IMG/VR virus record: IMGVR_UViG_2690316243_000006
Direction: 5' to 3' (one strand)
DNA: 39,562 nt
Origin: a virus
Lineage: Duplodnaviria > Heunggongvirae > Uroviricota > Caudoviricetes
The notes under the pieces were generated by a model. The model did not search any database. It had not been told where the DNA came from and saw only the letters and a program-made list of their open reading frames with translations. Below are positions 7,907-18,291 of the stretch, one piece after another. Position numbers and translations under genes: made by a program. Each line of letters begins with the position of its first letter. The stretch's first letter is position 1.

Positions 7907-8979
7907 GTGATTTCTCCTACCGTCAGCAGCTCACTGTCTCCCGCCTGAACTGACGTCAGCGGACTGCGCACTTCAAAATCCTCCAGATTTTTCACCCCTG
8001 CCACCGCCCGCCAGAAAGACGACGGCAGAACCAGACCGCCGGGCCGGGATTCGTTATACAACAGGTCGGTCAGCGCCTGTTTTACGGCCGCCTGATTCTC
8101 CGGTGTTTTCGGGATGATCCTGATGCTGAAGGGCACCGGCTTATTGGTCAGTTTAAACACGGTCACCGTCGGCCCCAGAGGCTGTCCGACAGGCTGGCCG
8201 GTCGCCGGATCATCATGACTGCGGATATAATCCGCCACCCGCTGAACATCACCGTCACCGGGGAAAATATCCGGGTTATTATCCTGAACAAACGTTACCC
8301 CCACGCTGCCCGCCTGCGGCCATTCCGGGCGGCACCATGCCCGCGTCACGCCCGGCACTTCACGCGCCCAGCGTTCAAAATCATACTGCGTGCCGCCGGA
8401 CGGTGGATTCTGCACCCGGAAAACCAGACGGGAAAGCAGCTCCGGCACGGTTTCCACATCCGCACCACCGGTGATCCCCGTTCCGGTCACCGTGGCCGTC
8501 TGGTTGATCCCCGCCTGCGGTGTGATAAATGTCAGTTTTGTCCCTGCCGGGGCATTCCCCGCACGACCGGCACTTTCGGCTTCCACACTGACATTCAGCG
8601 TACCGGCCTTACCGGTCAGGGAGGTGGTGATACGGTAAACCACGCCATCACTTCGCTGGAGAAGCACACCTTCCTTGATCCCCGCATCCGTGGTCAGCAT
8701 CAGCTGAACCGGCCCGTCCCCCCGAGAGGCAGGCTTACGCATGACGCCCCAGAATGCACAGTGTTTCAGCAGTTCGGCTTCATCGGCTTCGGTCGGGATG
8801 ATCTGACGCGCAATCCAGGCCAGATGCTCATGCTCCTGAGCAGATAACCCTGCCTGAGCGTAAGCAATGGCATTCAGGGTGGTTTCATTCACACCCGGCT
8901 GCGAGCCGGGCAGGCGCTGGCTGATATCCTGCTGTGTCTGCGTGATTAACTGTGCCAGCGGTAAAGGCTGATAAGGCAT
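7897..8979 (-). CDS. Baseplate J-like protein (Mu gp47-like)
   Basis: 360 aa; position and size match the baseplate J family. Confidence 0.7.
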   Translation of the reverse strand: MPYQPLPLAQLITQTQQDISQRLPGSQPGVNETTLNAIAYAQAGLSAQEHEHLAWIARQIIPTEADEAELLKHCAFWGVMRKPASRGDGPVQLMLTTDAGIKEGVLLQRSDGVVYRITTSLTGKAGTLNVSVEAESAGRAGNAPAGTKLTFITPQAGINQTATVTGTGITGGADVETVPELLSRLVFRVQNPPSGGTQYDFERWAREVPGVTRAWCRPEWPQAGSVGVTFVQDNNPDIFPGDGDVQRVADYIRSHDDPATGQPVGQPLGPTVTVFKLTNKPVPFSIRIIPKTPENQAAVKQALTDLLYNESRPGGLVLPSSFWRAVAGVKNLEDFEVRSPLTSVQAGDSELLTVGEITWL

Positions 8980-9416
8980 TACTCCCCCTTAAGATCAGCA
9001 TAAAAAATCATGGGCCTCACTGAACCATCAGGCAGGGTTATGCGCACCGAAAGCGCCAGCCGCGCGTGTCCCACACGTTCTGCATGACAGACCACGGATG
9101 ACGCCACGCCATCCTGACTGAGCCAGCCCAGCGCCTCATCCGCGTAAGCACGGGCACGGCTTATCACCGAGGCCAGCGTTTTTTCCCGGCTGAGAAGCCA
9201 CAGACGGGAGCCAATGGGGCGCGGGCGAAAACTGTCTCCCCACCATCCCCGGCGGTCGCGCGTACCGTCAGGGATTTCATCCGATGCCAGCGCCCGGCGG
9301 TCAGTAAACAGCGAAATCAGAACGGCCGTCAGCAGACTGTCATCCGTCAGCAGGTCGGCACCGTTCAGTTGCAGCGAACCGCATCCCTGATCCCACACAA
9401 TTGCAATATCAGCCAT
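8979..9416 (-). CDS. Baseplate protein gp46-like (start taken at internal ATG 9416; the ORF-track start at 9560 overlaps the upstream gene)
   Basis: MADIAIVWDQGCGSLQLNGADLLTDDSLLTAVLISLFTDRRA is a typical GP46-family N-terminus. Confidence 0.65.
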   Translation of the reverse strand: MADIAIVWDQGCGSLQLNGADLLTDDSLLTAVLISLFTDRRALASDEIPDGTRDRRGWWGDSFRPRPIGSRLWLLSREKTLASVISRARAYADEALGWLSQDGVASSVVCHAERVGHARLALSVRITLPDGSVRPMIFYADLKGE

Positions 9417-10023
9417 TCTCCGGCACTCCTGTCTTACTGCCTTCGCCGTTATCATGATGCACATGGCCGGAATACCGTATCCCTGCAATAACGGCATCCG
9501 ACATTGTGAACAGTCCCTGAGATTTCCCCGTACCCTCAAGCGCGAAATTACCCTTAACATGCAGGTTCTTATCCACCGTCACATTGCCCGTAAAGGTGGC
9601 TTCCGGCGTATCCACCCGCATCCCCTCGTCGGCGTAAATCTCCAGCATTTTGCATGTCACAATAATGCGGCCATCCTTTGTTAACCGTATCCGGTGCCCC
9701 TCATGGTGATACACCCCCGTATCTCCGGCTGTGAGTCCGGTCGGGCGGCTGCGCCGGTCTTCCACCACAAGCACCACAGTCTGATCCCGCTGTCCGCCCA
9801 GACAGGCAAAAAAGGTTTCCGCACCCGGCAGGGGAACGCTGATCTGCCCGTACTGCTGGGGACGCTCCACATCATCAAAGGTTTCGCCGTCCATGCCGGT
9901 GAGCTGCACATTCTGCATTTTCAGTTCGTCATGTGTGCCGGTCAGAACGCCCCGGCCAAACAACAGGCGAATACCGCGCGTTACCGGGGCAATCAGGCGG
10001 CTGAACACTTCATCATTCATCAA
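9409..10023 (-). CDS. Baseplate assembly/spike protein V-like (Mu gp45-like)
   Basis: 204 aa; synteny between gp44-like and gp46-like genes. Confidence 0.65.
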   Translation of the reverse strand: MMNDEVFSRLIAPVTRGIRLLFGRGVLTGTHDELKMQNVQLTGMDGETFDDVERPQQYGQISVPLPGAETFFACLGGQRDQTVVLVVEDRRSRPTGLTAGDTGVYHHEGHRIRLTKDGRIIVTCKMLEIYADEGMRVDTPEATFTGNVTVDKNLHVKGNFALEGTGKSQGLFTMSDAVIAGIRYSGHVHHDNGEGSKTGVPENG

Positions 10024-11137
10024 AGCTGATCCCCTGTTTTTTCATCTGCTGGCGAATAAAGGCATCAACATCGTCACCGGAACCACCCCGGCCCTTACTG
10101 TCCGGCTCTGCCGGAACGATAAAGCCGTCACGCGGTGCCAGTACCAGCCGGGTGACTTCCCCGTTATGCTCATCAAGTAAAAACTCCACCTGACAGACCA
10201 GCAGTTCAGTCTGTTCTATACCGAAACGCAGGGCTGAAACACCGGTCAGCAGATTGACATCCCATAACCGGCCATCATCCCGGAACCAGCCACGCACGGT
10301 GGCAGAAAACCGTTCTGAACGGGCAATCGCACGGCGCATTTCACGCAGGGCACGCTGCCGTGCACCGGTGATGTCTGTCTGTTGATCGGCGAGGATGATT
10401 TTCGGCCGGTAGCGGCCGATCTGCTCATCACTGATGACGCCCACAGGTGCTGCCAGACGGGCGGCGGATTCGCTGTCTCCCCGTTTGCCACCACCGCGCC
10501 CGTGTCCCCGGACACGGTATTCGCTGTATCGTCCTCGCCAGTCCGTGTTGTAATCGGCATCAAGCAGGTTATCTCCCAGCACCAGTCTGTCCGTCTGCTG
10601 GCTTCCTGCCTGGGTGAACACCAGATCGCCGTCAGCATTACTGGTCACCAGCACCCCGCGATGCCGGGCAGCACGGGTCAGCGCATCCGCCACGGTTTCT
10701 GAGTTTTCCAGCGTAAAAGAGCTGAAGGGGCGTGCAGCCGTGTCGTCGTTAACCTGCCAGCGCACGGCTATCCCGAAGGGCGCACATAAATCTGCGGCAA
10801 TCTGTGCCAGCGTCCGGTTGCGCCACTGGCTGCCGGGATGGATGGCGGCACAGTCCACCAGGTCGCCGGTTTTATCCCGACCGCTGATGCTGATCTGATG
10901 ACGGGTTGCACTGATCCGCTGACTGACCTGATCCAGCCAGCCACTGATGACCGTCTGCCCGTTAATTCTGAGCGTCAGGGACTGACCGGTCCGCAGGGCT
11001 GAGGGGATGCGCTCACCGGGCAGCATCAGCCCCAGTTCAAACGACCCGGCCAGATGCTCCAGCGAGCGACGGACGCTGACCGTCAGCCAGCCGGAAAAAA
11101 TACTGCCGCCGATATACAGTTCAATCCTGCTGCTCAC
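10013..11137 (-). CDS. Tail protein, phage late control D-like (Mu P / gp44-like)
   Basis: 374 aa; follows the N-like gene; gpD-like composition. Confidence 0.65.
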   Translation of the reverse strand: MSSRIELYIGGSIFSGWLTVSVRRSLEHLAGSFELGLMLPGERIPSALRTGQSLTLRINGQTVISGWLDQVSQRISATRHQISISGRDKTGDLVDCAAIHPGSQWRNRTLAQIAADLCAPFGIAVRWQVNDDTAARPFSSFTLENSETVADALTRAARHRGVLVTSNADGDLVFTQAGSQQTDRLVLGDNLLDADYNTDWRGRYSEYRVRGHGRGGGKRGDSESAARLAAPVGVISDEQIGRYRPKIILADQQTDITGARQRALREMRRAIARSERFSATVRGWFRDDGRLWDVNLLTGVSALRFGIEQTELLVCQVEFLLDEHNGEVTRLVLAPRDGFIVPAEPDSKGRGGSGDDVDAFIRQQMKKQGISFDE

Positions 11138-12479
11138 TGATCACCTCCACGCGGCGGCCACCCGGAACAAAAACCGGATCGGGGATATTGTTTCTGCGGA
11201 CAAAATACTGCCAGCGGCGGCTGTTACCGGTGGCACGGTACAGCGTGACCAGTGCCGGTTCGGTGGTTCGCACCATGACCTGAAAAGCACCGGGAAGATG
11301 CACGCTCCGCGTGGTTAAATCTTCTGTCAGCGCAAGCCCTGCATCACGTAATGCAAGGGCGGTGCCGGTATGGCCCTGTGCGGACAGATCCAGCACCTGT
11401 TGTTCCATGGCATCGCTCAAATCCCGGTTGATACGCTGCACATCAGCAGAACTTTCCAGCCAGGCCAGTCCGCCCGCACGGTCAGTATCCTGAACGTGCG
11501 TCGTATTCTGCCGGATGACCTGATCCAGCAGTTTTCCGACCGTCTGCGCCTGCGACACCAGGGCTGCACTCTGCATGACGCTCCGCAGCAGACGGATATT
11601 GTTCTGTGCCGCAGGCGTCAGACCAATCAGGCGCTGCGGATCATCCTGTTCGCTGAGGGTGTAACGCAGGGAAGAAAGTGTGCGGTACAGCTGCGGCATG
11701 GCCTGCTCTGTCGTGCTGTCACGGTTTGTGGTCAGGCTGCCGGACGGCGTTCCGGCTTTTCCGGTCAGCGACAGGGAAGGATCGCCGGGCAGCCCCGCCA
11801 GCACGGCAAACATTCCGGCCAGCGATTCAGCCATGCGACGGGGCGCATTAATCAGGGCGGCGGCATTCCCTTTCAGGGCAGTAAAACTGGCCGTAAAGGC
11901 ACTGATATCCTGCACAATCCCCATCCCTGAAACGGCATTCTCCAGCGCATCAATTTTATCGCTGATGGTGTCGGTCATGGCCTGTACATCATGCAGACCG
12001 TCTGAAATCACCGTCCAGCCGTCTGAAAGTGTGTTAAACAGCTGATTCATTGCTGAGCCGCTTTTCTGCTCCAGCGCAGCTGCCGTATCTTCTGCCACCG
12101 AAGGGGCGGTATCGTCACTGGCGGGGATCACGTTGATCGTGAACTCAACCGTTCCCTGCTCGCTGGCGTTATAACGGCTTTCAAAGCTGTTTATCAGCAC
12201 GTTTAACGTGCCGTAATCCGGGTGCATCAGTTCACCGGCACCGGGTGCACGCAGCGCATCACGCAGGCGGCTTCGCTGTGTCTGAAGATCGTCTCCGGTC
12301 ACTAGAACCGTGAATGTGAACTCCGGGAGTTTTGGCCCCAGATCATCCGCACCGCCGCTTTCACGCAGTGGGTATTCACGGCGCACAATGTTACGTCCGC
12401 CCCGTTCCCGCTGCTCCTGATAAACCAGGAACGGTACGCCACGAAAGGAGCCACGCCCCGGCGTGTCAGTAGAGGCCAT
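11121..12479 (-). CDS. DNA circularisation protein N-like (Mu gp43-like)
   Basis: 452 aa directly downstream of the tape measure gene, as in Mu. Confidence 0.65.
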   Translation of the reverse strand: MASTDTPGRGSFRGVPFLVYQEQRERGGRNIVRREYPLRESGGADDLGPKLPEFTFTVLVTGDDLQTQRSRLRDALRAPGAGELMHPDYGTLNVLINSFESRYNASEQGTVEFTINVIPASDDTAPSVAEDTAAALEQKSGSAMNQLFNTLSDGWTVISDGLHDVQAMTDTISDKIDALENAVSGMGIVQDISAFTASFTALKGNAAALINAPRRMAESLAGMFAVLAGLPGDPSLSLTGKAGTPSGSLTTNRDSTTEQAMPQLYRTLSSLRYTLSEQDDPQRLIGLTPAAQNNIRLLRSVMQSAALVSQAQTVGKLLDQVIRQNTTHVQDTDRAGGLAWLESSADVQRINRDLSDAMEQQVLDLSAQGHTGTALALRDAGLALTEDLTTRSVHLPGAFQVMVRTTEPALVTLYRATGNSRRWQYFVRRNNIPDPVFVPGGRRVEVISEQQD

Positions 12480-14523
12480 AGTTCCCTCCGTTCCAGACGT
12501 TCACATCCAGGCCATGCTGTGCGGTATCATCCACATCAATACTGCGCGCCCGCCAGCCTTCAGGGGCCACAAGCTCCACCCGTGCGGCGGTTTTCGCGGT
12601 GGCCTGTCCGCCGTTTTCGTCACTGCTGCCACGCAGTTTCTGCCAGGCCTGCGTCAGCCAGCCCCCCAGATAATCACCGAGATAGCTGCCCACCGAGGAA
12701 CCAATGGCAACCCCGACCGGACCGGCAGCCGCCCCCAGCGCGCCACCGGCGATACTTCCGGCAAGAGAACCCACGGCACCGGCTTTATCGGCTGCACTGG
12801 CGCTGCTGTCCAGCAGTACAGGAGCCGCCATGGCACCGGCCCACAGGGCACCACCACCCAGCCGACCGGCACCACGGAACAGCCCGGCAAAACGCCCCAG
12901 CCCCATGCGGTTTCCGGCCGCCGTTAGCAGACCACCGGCACGGCTCATCATACGACCGAAGAAGCCCTGTTTACCGGCACTCTCCGCCAGTTGCTCACCG
13001 GCAGTCACGACGGTCGTGACACCCCGTCCACGTCCGGGGCCGCGTTTTTTACGGCCGCGCACGGTTTTGCCGTCACCGCTGACCACCACATCCCCGCCAC
13101 CTGAGGCCAGGCCACCCGCAGGCCAGTTGGTGACCAGCACGGGCTGAACGGCAGCCGGATTTACCCCGGTAAGGAAATTCAGGAACCGGCCAGCGCGTCC
13201 GGGCTGCGTTCCCGGTACAGTGGTCTGCGGTTTGCGGAAGGGCGACGTCAGCACGGAGGTCATCGCCATGCCATAGCGTAAGGGGGTTGCGCCGAGACGT
13301 AATGCCCCCGTCCCTGCAAACCTGAGCACCTTCAGCGCACGGGAGGCGAGATACATATACATCAGGTACTTTGCGGCGGTCTGCGCACCCTGACCAATAC
13401 GATCCAGCGCATCGCCATAACCGGCGTCGCGCAGTGCCTGAAGCGTTTCCCTGACTTTCTGAATGGCCCGGTAAAAGCCGGTCGCAGCATCTCTGGCATA
13501 CTCAAATCCCTGATTCAGTGCTGAGGCCGTCTGTGTGGCCAGCTTATCCTGTAAGCCGCTTTTCTGTGCCGCATCGGCATAATCCAGAAAGCCTTTCAGG
13601 CTCTTTTTCAGGCTGTCAAACGGTCCCTTCGCCATCACGTCACGGGCAAACTGATCCCAGACGTCACCCATCATGGACGTCATTCCCGTCCATGAGTTCA
13701 TGGCGTTTTTCTGGGCACCTTTTGCCTGTTCGGCCATCACCTGAAATAACAGGCGAATGCTGTCCGGTCCCAGTTTTCCTTTCTCGCCTTTCTCACGGAT
13801 GATCTTCTGGTTTACACCCAGCTTATCGGCCAGTAACTGGTAAACGTTAATCCCGTATCCGGTCAGAATATTGGCGTCCGCTGCCTGGATACTCTGGCGG
13901 GCAAACATCTGTTTGAGTTGCAGGGACGCACCCTGTGCCTCTGACAGTGACCAGCCGTGATAGCCGCCCTGATCCTGAAGCATGGTAATAAAGCGACGGG
14001 CTTCCCTGTCACTCATGCCAAACCCGCGACTGGAGGCGTATTCCTGCATAACCCCCGCCAGCCCCCAGGTGGTGTCTTTGGCGTTCTGTACCGCCCAGGC
14101 TTTCACTGCTTCCGTTTTTGCCTTATCGCCATGATTAATGGCGTTGAGACGCAGAATATAGTTCTCCATCTCTGCGGCCGGGCGGATAAAGGCTTTATTA
14201 AAACCGTAGACCGCAGCCCCTCCCGCCAGCATCCCGTAAAGGTTGCTTATCCGCCCGATGGTGCCGGTAATGCTGCCCTGCAGGCGGTCAAAATCTGACG
14301 TTACCGTGCGGATACTGCCACGAACACCGGCAAGCGTTCGCTGCATACGGGAGCCAACAAGCTCTGTTTCCTGACCGGCCCGGCGTGCTGCATTTCCAAG
14401 ACCACCCAGCCCCGTCCTGCCGGAACGGGAGAATGCCCCCAGCTCCTGTGACCACTGGCGGGATTTGGCGGAAATATTGCCGAGTAAATCGACAATCAGG
14501 GAGGCTTTCAGGTTTTTTGCCAT
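12466..14523 (-). CDS. Tail tape measure protein
   Basis: 685 aa; Gly/Ala-rich C-terminal half; between chaperone-like gp41 and the N-like gene. Confidence 0.8.
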   Translation of the reverse strand: MAKNLKASLIVDLLGNISAKSRQWSQELGAFSRSGRTGLGGLGNAARRAGQETELVGSRMQRTLAGVRGSIRTVTSDFDRLQGSITGTIGRISNLYGMLAGGAAVYGFNKAFIRPAAEMENYILRLNAINHGDKAKTEAVKAWAVQNAKDTTWGLAGVMQEYASSRGFGMSDREARRFITMLQDQGGYHGWSLSEAQGASLQLKQMFARQSIQAADANILTGYGINVYQLLADKLGVNQKIIREKGEKGKLGPDSIRLLFQVMAEQAKGAQKNAMNSWTGMTSMMGDVWDQFARDVMAKGPFDSLKKSLKGFLDYADAAQKSGLQDKLATQTASALNQGFEYARDAATGFYRAIQKVRETLQALRDAGYGDALDRIGQGAQTAAKYLMYMYLASRALKVLRFAGTGALRLGATPLRYGMAMTSVLTSPFRKPQTTVPGTQPGRAGRFLNFLTGVNPAAVQPVLVTNWPAGGLASGGGDVVVSGDGKTVRGRKKRGPGRGRGVTTVVTAGEQLAESAGKQGFFGRMMSRAGGLLTAAGNRMGLGRFAGLFRGAGRLGGGALWAGAMAAPVLLDSSASAADKAGAVGSLAGSIAGGALGAAAGPVGVAIGSSVGSYLGDYLGGWLTQAWQKLRGSSDENGGQATAKTAARVELVAPEGWRARSIDVDDTAQHGLDVNVWNGGNYGLY

Positions 14524-14650
14524 GGGTTACTGCTTCGTTCTGAGAATTTTTTCGGTCTGTCGGCAGTGCCGGTAAAGCTGCGATAAGGGGAGGTTAAGCG
14601 CCCACTCCGGGCCGCTTTTTGTCACCATCCCCAGCACAATTGCGGCTTCT

Positions 14651-15130
14651 TCAATCTGATCCCGGCACTGCATCTGGTCGCCCCCGTTCAGCGACCAGCT
14701 TTCCTGCCATCGCGGAATCAAGCAGGCTTACCGCCGCCATCAGACGGGAGAGATCGCGCTCGCTGAGCTGTCCGATCTGACGCGGAGACAATGGCCCCTC
14801 AATCTGGCCAACAGCGGCAATCTGACGGCGCAGCAGTGCAATGCCGCGCAGTGCCGGCGAGGCTATCAGAACCGGGCCGCCATTTCGGGTTTCCATAAGA
14901 CGCTCGGCCTCGGTTTCCGCGTCAATGCTGTCTTTCGCCGTCAGTTCGCGGAAGGTGACGCGGTATTCACGGGATTCCCCGAACGGCAGACCGTCGAGCA
15001 GATCCACATAGCCGTTCGCCAGCTGTTCAGCCAGCCCGGCGGTGCGGGGATCGCCGTCTTCAAGTACATCCCGGATAGCCTCCATCACGGCCTCGTCAGA
15101 AACCGCCGTTTTTTTCTTACGTGTGGTCAT
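14651..15130 (-). CDS. Tail assembly chaperone-like protein (Mu gp41-like)
   Basis: 159 aa between the tail tube and tape measure genes. Confidence 0.55.
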   Translation of the reverse strand: MTTRKKKTAVSDEAVMEAIRDVLEDGDPRTAGLAEQLANGYVDLLDGLPFGESREYRVTFRELTAKDSIDAETEAERLMETRNGGPVLIASPALRGIALLRRQIAAVGQIEGPLSPRQIGQLSERDLSRLMAAVSLLDSAMAGKLVAERGRPDAVPGSD

Positions 15131-15144
15131 TGCATTTTTCCTGA

Positions 15145-15510
15145 TTACTGGACACGGGTACTGGTGGCGCTGGCGAACTTCGCGGAGATATCACCGCCAC
15201 CGTCAAGCGAGGCCGGTTCACTGCTCCAGGCCTTCGTCATCATATGGACTTCACCGGTATCGGCCACGAACTCAATCGTGACCGCAGTCCAGGTGTTGAT
15301 TTCATCGGCAGCCGGTGAACCTTCTCCGCCAGCCGGAAATTTACAGTCCAGCGTCGCCTCACGGGGTTTCTCACGATAGCCATAGACTTTCGCGCCTTTC
15401 ACCACTTCACGCTCAAAGCCGGACGGGGAGAACGTGGCTCCCTCAAGGGTGGCGTACTCCTGTCCGTTCACACGGATGGTGGCCGTGCCCTGATGCTGTT
15501 TTCCGCTCAT
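15145..15510 (-). CDS. Tail tube protein (Mu M / gp40-like)
   Basis: 121 aa immediately downstream of the sheath gene. Confidence 0.7.
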   Translation of the reverse strand: MSGKQHQGTATIRVNGQEYATLEGATFSPSGFEREVVKGAKVYGYREKPREATLDCKFPAGGEGSPAADEINTWTAVTIEFVADTGEVHMMTKAWSSEPASLDGGGDISAKFASATSTRVQ

Positions 15511-15518
15511 GCCTTACC

Positions 15519-17021
15519 TCACAAAATGAAACGGATCTGCGCGGCCATGAAGCGGAACTGGTTAACCAGATCCGGTGTACACATCACATCCAGACGGTTA
15601 CGGTCTTTTGTGTTGCGCTCCACGAGCAGATTCTTTTTAAAGGTGTCCAGATTTTCGACCAGCCCGAGTTCCACCCATTCTTCCCCCAGTGCAATCAGCT
15701 GGAGCGTCATAATCTCCGGCGTCACGATATTCTGACCGGGCCGGACGGGAGTACCGTTATCGGCCAGTTTGTGGCGCGGGAAACGCTGCGTGATAAAGGT
15801 GCGCAGGGAATAACGCAGATATGACAGGGTGTAGATGGTTTCTACATCCAGATAGCTGGGATCGCTTTCGCCGTATGCATTCTGACGGTACATCGTCACC
15901 TGACGTTCAATCTGCACCACATCAGCGGCCGCAACGGTCACCGTGGACATGCCGGTATAAAGCAGGCTGTTTCGCTCTTCCCGCGTCAGACGAGCCGGTG
16001 CTTCAGGTGCCATACGGGCAGGCAGCGCCAGTGTCTGTAATGGTCGGGCCGGATCCGTTGACAGGGAGGGCGCACAGACCGCACAAATGGAGGCCGCCCA
16101 GACATAATCCGGCTCTGGTGCTTTAGGAATAGAAGTGCAGGTAAACAGGAAGTCATTACGGGATTCACCAAAACTGGTTGCCGTACCGAAGGTGCCGGTA
16201 TGCGCCATCCAGACCATACCGTCCGACATTTTTACCGGTCCCCAGCGTTTCAGCAGTTCATCCGCCAGAATTTTGAGATTTGCCGCATCCTTATAGGGCA
16301 TGACGATGTAGTTGTACTGACGATTCCCCATCCCTGAGACGCTACGGGTGATATCGGGGTTTGTTGCCTTCTGTGTTGGCGCGACGAGCTCCAGCGTAAG
16401 ACCGGCCGGTGTAGTTTCACCGTCATAATAGTTCACCCGTAAATCATGAGCTGAGCATTCACCGATAAAGCGGGCGTTAACCCCCATGCTCCCTTTAAGT
16501 CCTTCAGCATTATCACCACTGACTTCAGCTGCGATAGCAGTGAATGGCGCATCAGTGTCAGCGTTAATGACCTTAGCCAGCTATTCCACAAGCTCTTTAC
16601 CTTTTTTCCCCTTACTGACGGGCAGGAGGTAACGGCGACCGCCGATGTAAACACTTAACACCCCGTCTGCCAATGCTGTTCCAATGATATTCATCACGCA
16701 TGCCCTGGACTGACCTGTTCCAGCCCCCTGTGCAATGGCATATAACTCTGTGTCAGGGTTAATGGCGATAAATTCCTCTACCATCAGTGCAATCATGGAA
16801 CCTCGCCCCCAGAGTTCTCTTGCTTGTGAAGCTCGGGTAATACGTACTGGTACATCAAGCTGACCGCGCCCCTGAATGGTGGTGTCTTTCATTGCAGCCT
16901 GACCAAACAACAGTACCGCCTGACGCTGTGGTGGAGTGCCGGTCACGGCCATTGAATTATTGATTTCAATCTGTACCAGCGGAATGCGATTGTTATCGCC
17001 GATATAATCAAAGTTAATCAT
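15519..17021 (-). pseudogene. Tail sheath gene (Mu L / gp39-like) interrupted by one in-frame TAG codon at 16581-16583
   Basis: ORFs 16581..17021 and 15519..16487 are in the same frame; the 31 codons between the TAG and the next ATG are open and read LAKVINADTDAPFTAIAAEVSGDNAEGLKGS; combined length ~500 aa matches a sheath protein. Confidence 0.8.
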
Positions 17022-17308
17022 CAGGACGTCCCCTTGTCTGATGCTGCGGGTTTTTCAGTCGCGGGTTTTTCAGTCGCAGGTTTTTCTGCTGCCGCTCCCG
17101 CGGGTTTTCCGGCGGCATCAGTCGTTGCAGACGCTGCTGCCGGTGCTGCTTCAGCCGCTTTTTCCACCACAATGACGTCCCCGTCATTAAGACGGCGGCA
17201 CCAGAACGGGGTGAAGGGTTTTTCCTCTCCCTCCTGCGCCAGCGGTTTCATGGTGTCCGGATCGCGGATCAGGCATCCCGGCGCGGGTTTGATAAAAATG
17301 GTTGTCAT
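17021..17308 (-). CDS. Mu gp38-like protein with a short EKPAT peptide repeat
   Basis: 95 aa; C-terminus AAEKPATEKPATEKPAAS encoded by a 15-bp tandem repeat at about 17034-17090. Confidence 0.55.
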   Translation of the reverse strand: MTTIFIKPAPGCLIRDPDTMKPLAQEGEEKPFTPFWCRRLNDGDVIVVEKAAEAAPAAASATTDAAGKPAGAAAEKPATEKPATEKPAASDKGTS

Positions 17309-17311
17309 CTG

Positions 17312-17875
17312 TTATTCCTCTGACGGTCCGGCTTTTTCACCGGCGGCGGTTGCACCTGGCAGGCTGATGTGCGCCTTAAATTCCGGTGTGCCTTCCGGTT
17401 CGGTGAAGGTTTCGTAATGGCGCAGGAAATCATCCAGCGAGCTGATATCAGTCAGCGGTGCGATCATTTCCTCGCAGGAGAAATAAAGCGCATACATCAC
17501 CGCGCCACTGTCGGCCTGCGTTTCGGTGTAACCGTTGACCGCCTTTTCAAAGTAAAGCGGTGAGGTTTTTTCGGTTCTGAAGCCGTCCAGCACGGTAATC
17601 AGGCGGGCCACAATCTGATAAAGCCCGGGACGGCTGACCTCACGGCCATTGAGCATGTCGCCGATGACGTAGAACACCCAGTGGCTGACCAGACGCCCAC
17701 GGGTACGGCCTTCACCGGCACCCAGCCAGGCAACGTAGATCGCCGGGGCGCTAATCAGCATGGTGCGCAGCACACTGTCGCTCCAGTCGCCGGGATGCGT
17801 GTCAACTGACACCAGTTCATTCCCGAAATACTCACGGATACGGGCGATGTACGCTTGCTCGGTTTCCGTAATCAT
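17312..17875 (-). CDS. Mu gp37-like (K) protein
   Basis: 187 aa; synteny. Confidence 0.55.
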   Translation of the reverse strand: MITETEQAYIARIREYFGNELVSVDTHPGDWSDSVLRTMLISAPAIYVAWLGAGEGRTRGRLVSHWVFYVIGDMLNGREVSRPGLYQIVARLITVLDGFRTEKTSPLYFEKAVNGYTETQADSGAVMYALYFSCEEMIAPLTDISSLDDFLRHYETFTEPEGTPEFKAHISLPGATAAGEKAGPSEE

Positions 17876-18291
17876 ATAAAGCCCTTCTGGTTGCGCCCGA
17901 ACACCGCCGCATCAGACTGCACCTGCGGTAAATCCCCGGATTCAGGGGCCGCACCGTCTGTATCCACGCCGACCGGCACGTTACCGTTCATGACATCTTT
18001 CAGCCAGGCCAGCGCCTCACGGTAACGGTCACGCGCCTGATCGGATGCCCGCTGATCGCACAGGTAATAAAAGGCAATCGTGCAGCAATGCTGAACAAGG
18101 ACCGCCGGAACCACCGCCAGCGGCAGCGTGTAACGGGCAGACAGGTAACTGTCGATAAGGGCAGACGCGTCCGTCAGTGCCCGGTTCAGCTTGCGCGCGT
18201 CCGGCTCATCCGAACGGGGCACGGCCAGTAATGGCCTGAGCAAATCCTCGCGGTAACGTGCCCGCATATCGGTTTCGGTGGCGTAATTCAT
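17872..18291 (-). CDS. Mu gp36-like (J) protein
   Basis: 139 aa; synteny. Confidence 0.55.
   Translation of the reverse strand: MNYATETDMRARYREDLLRPLLAVPRSDEPDARKLNRALTDASALIDSYLSARYTLPLAVVPAVLVQHCCTIAFYYLCDQRASDQARDRYREALAWLKDVMNGNVPVGVDTDGAAPESGDLPQVQSDAAVFGRNQKGFI

Noticed and set aside
12519-13147. Pro/Arg/Ala-rich + strand ORFs inside the tape measure gene
   Set aside because: Antisense artefacts of a GC-rich, Gly/Ala-rich coding region; the 685-aa minus-strand tape measure frame accounts for the sequence.
16433-16654. 73-aa ORF overlapping the amber site of the sheath gene
   Set aside because: Different frame from the continuous sheath reading frame and no independent start signals.
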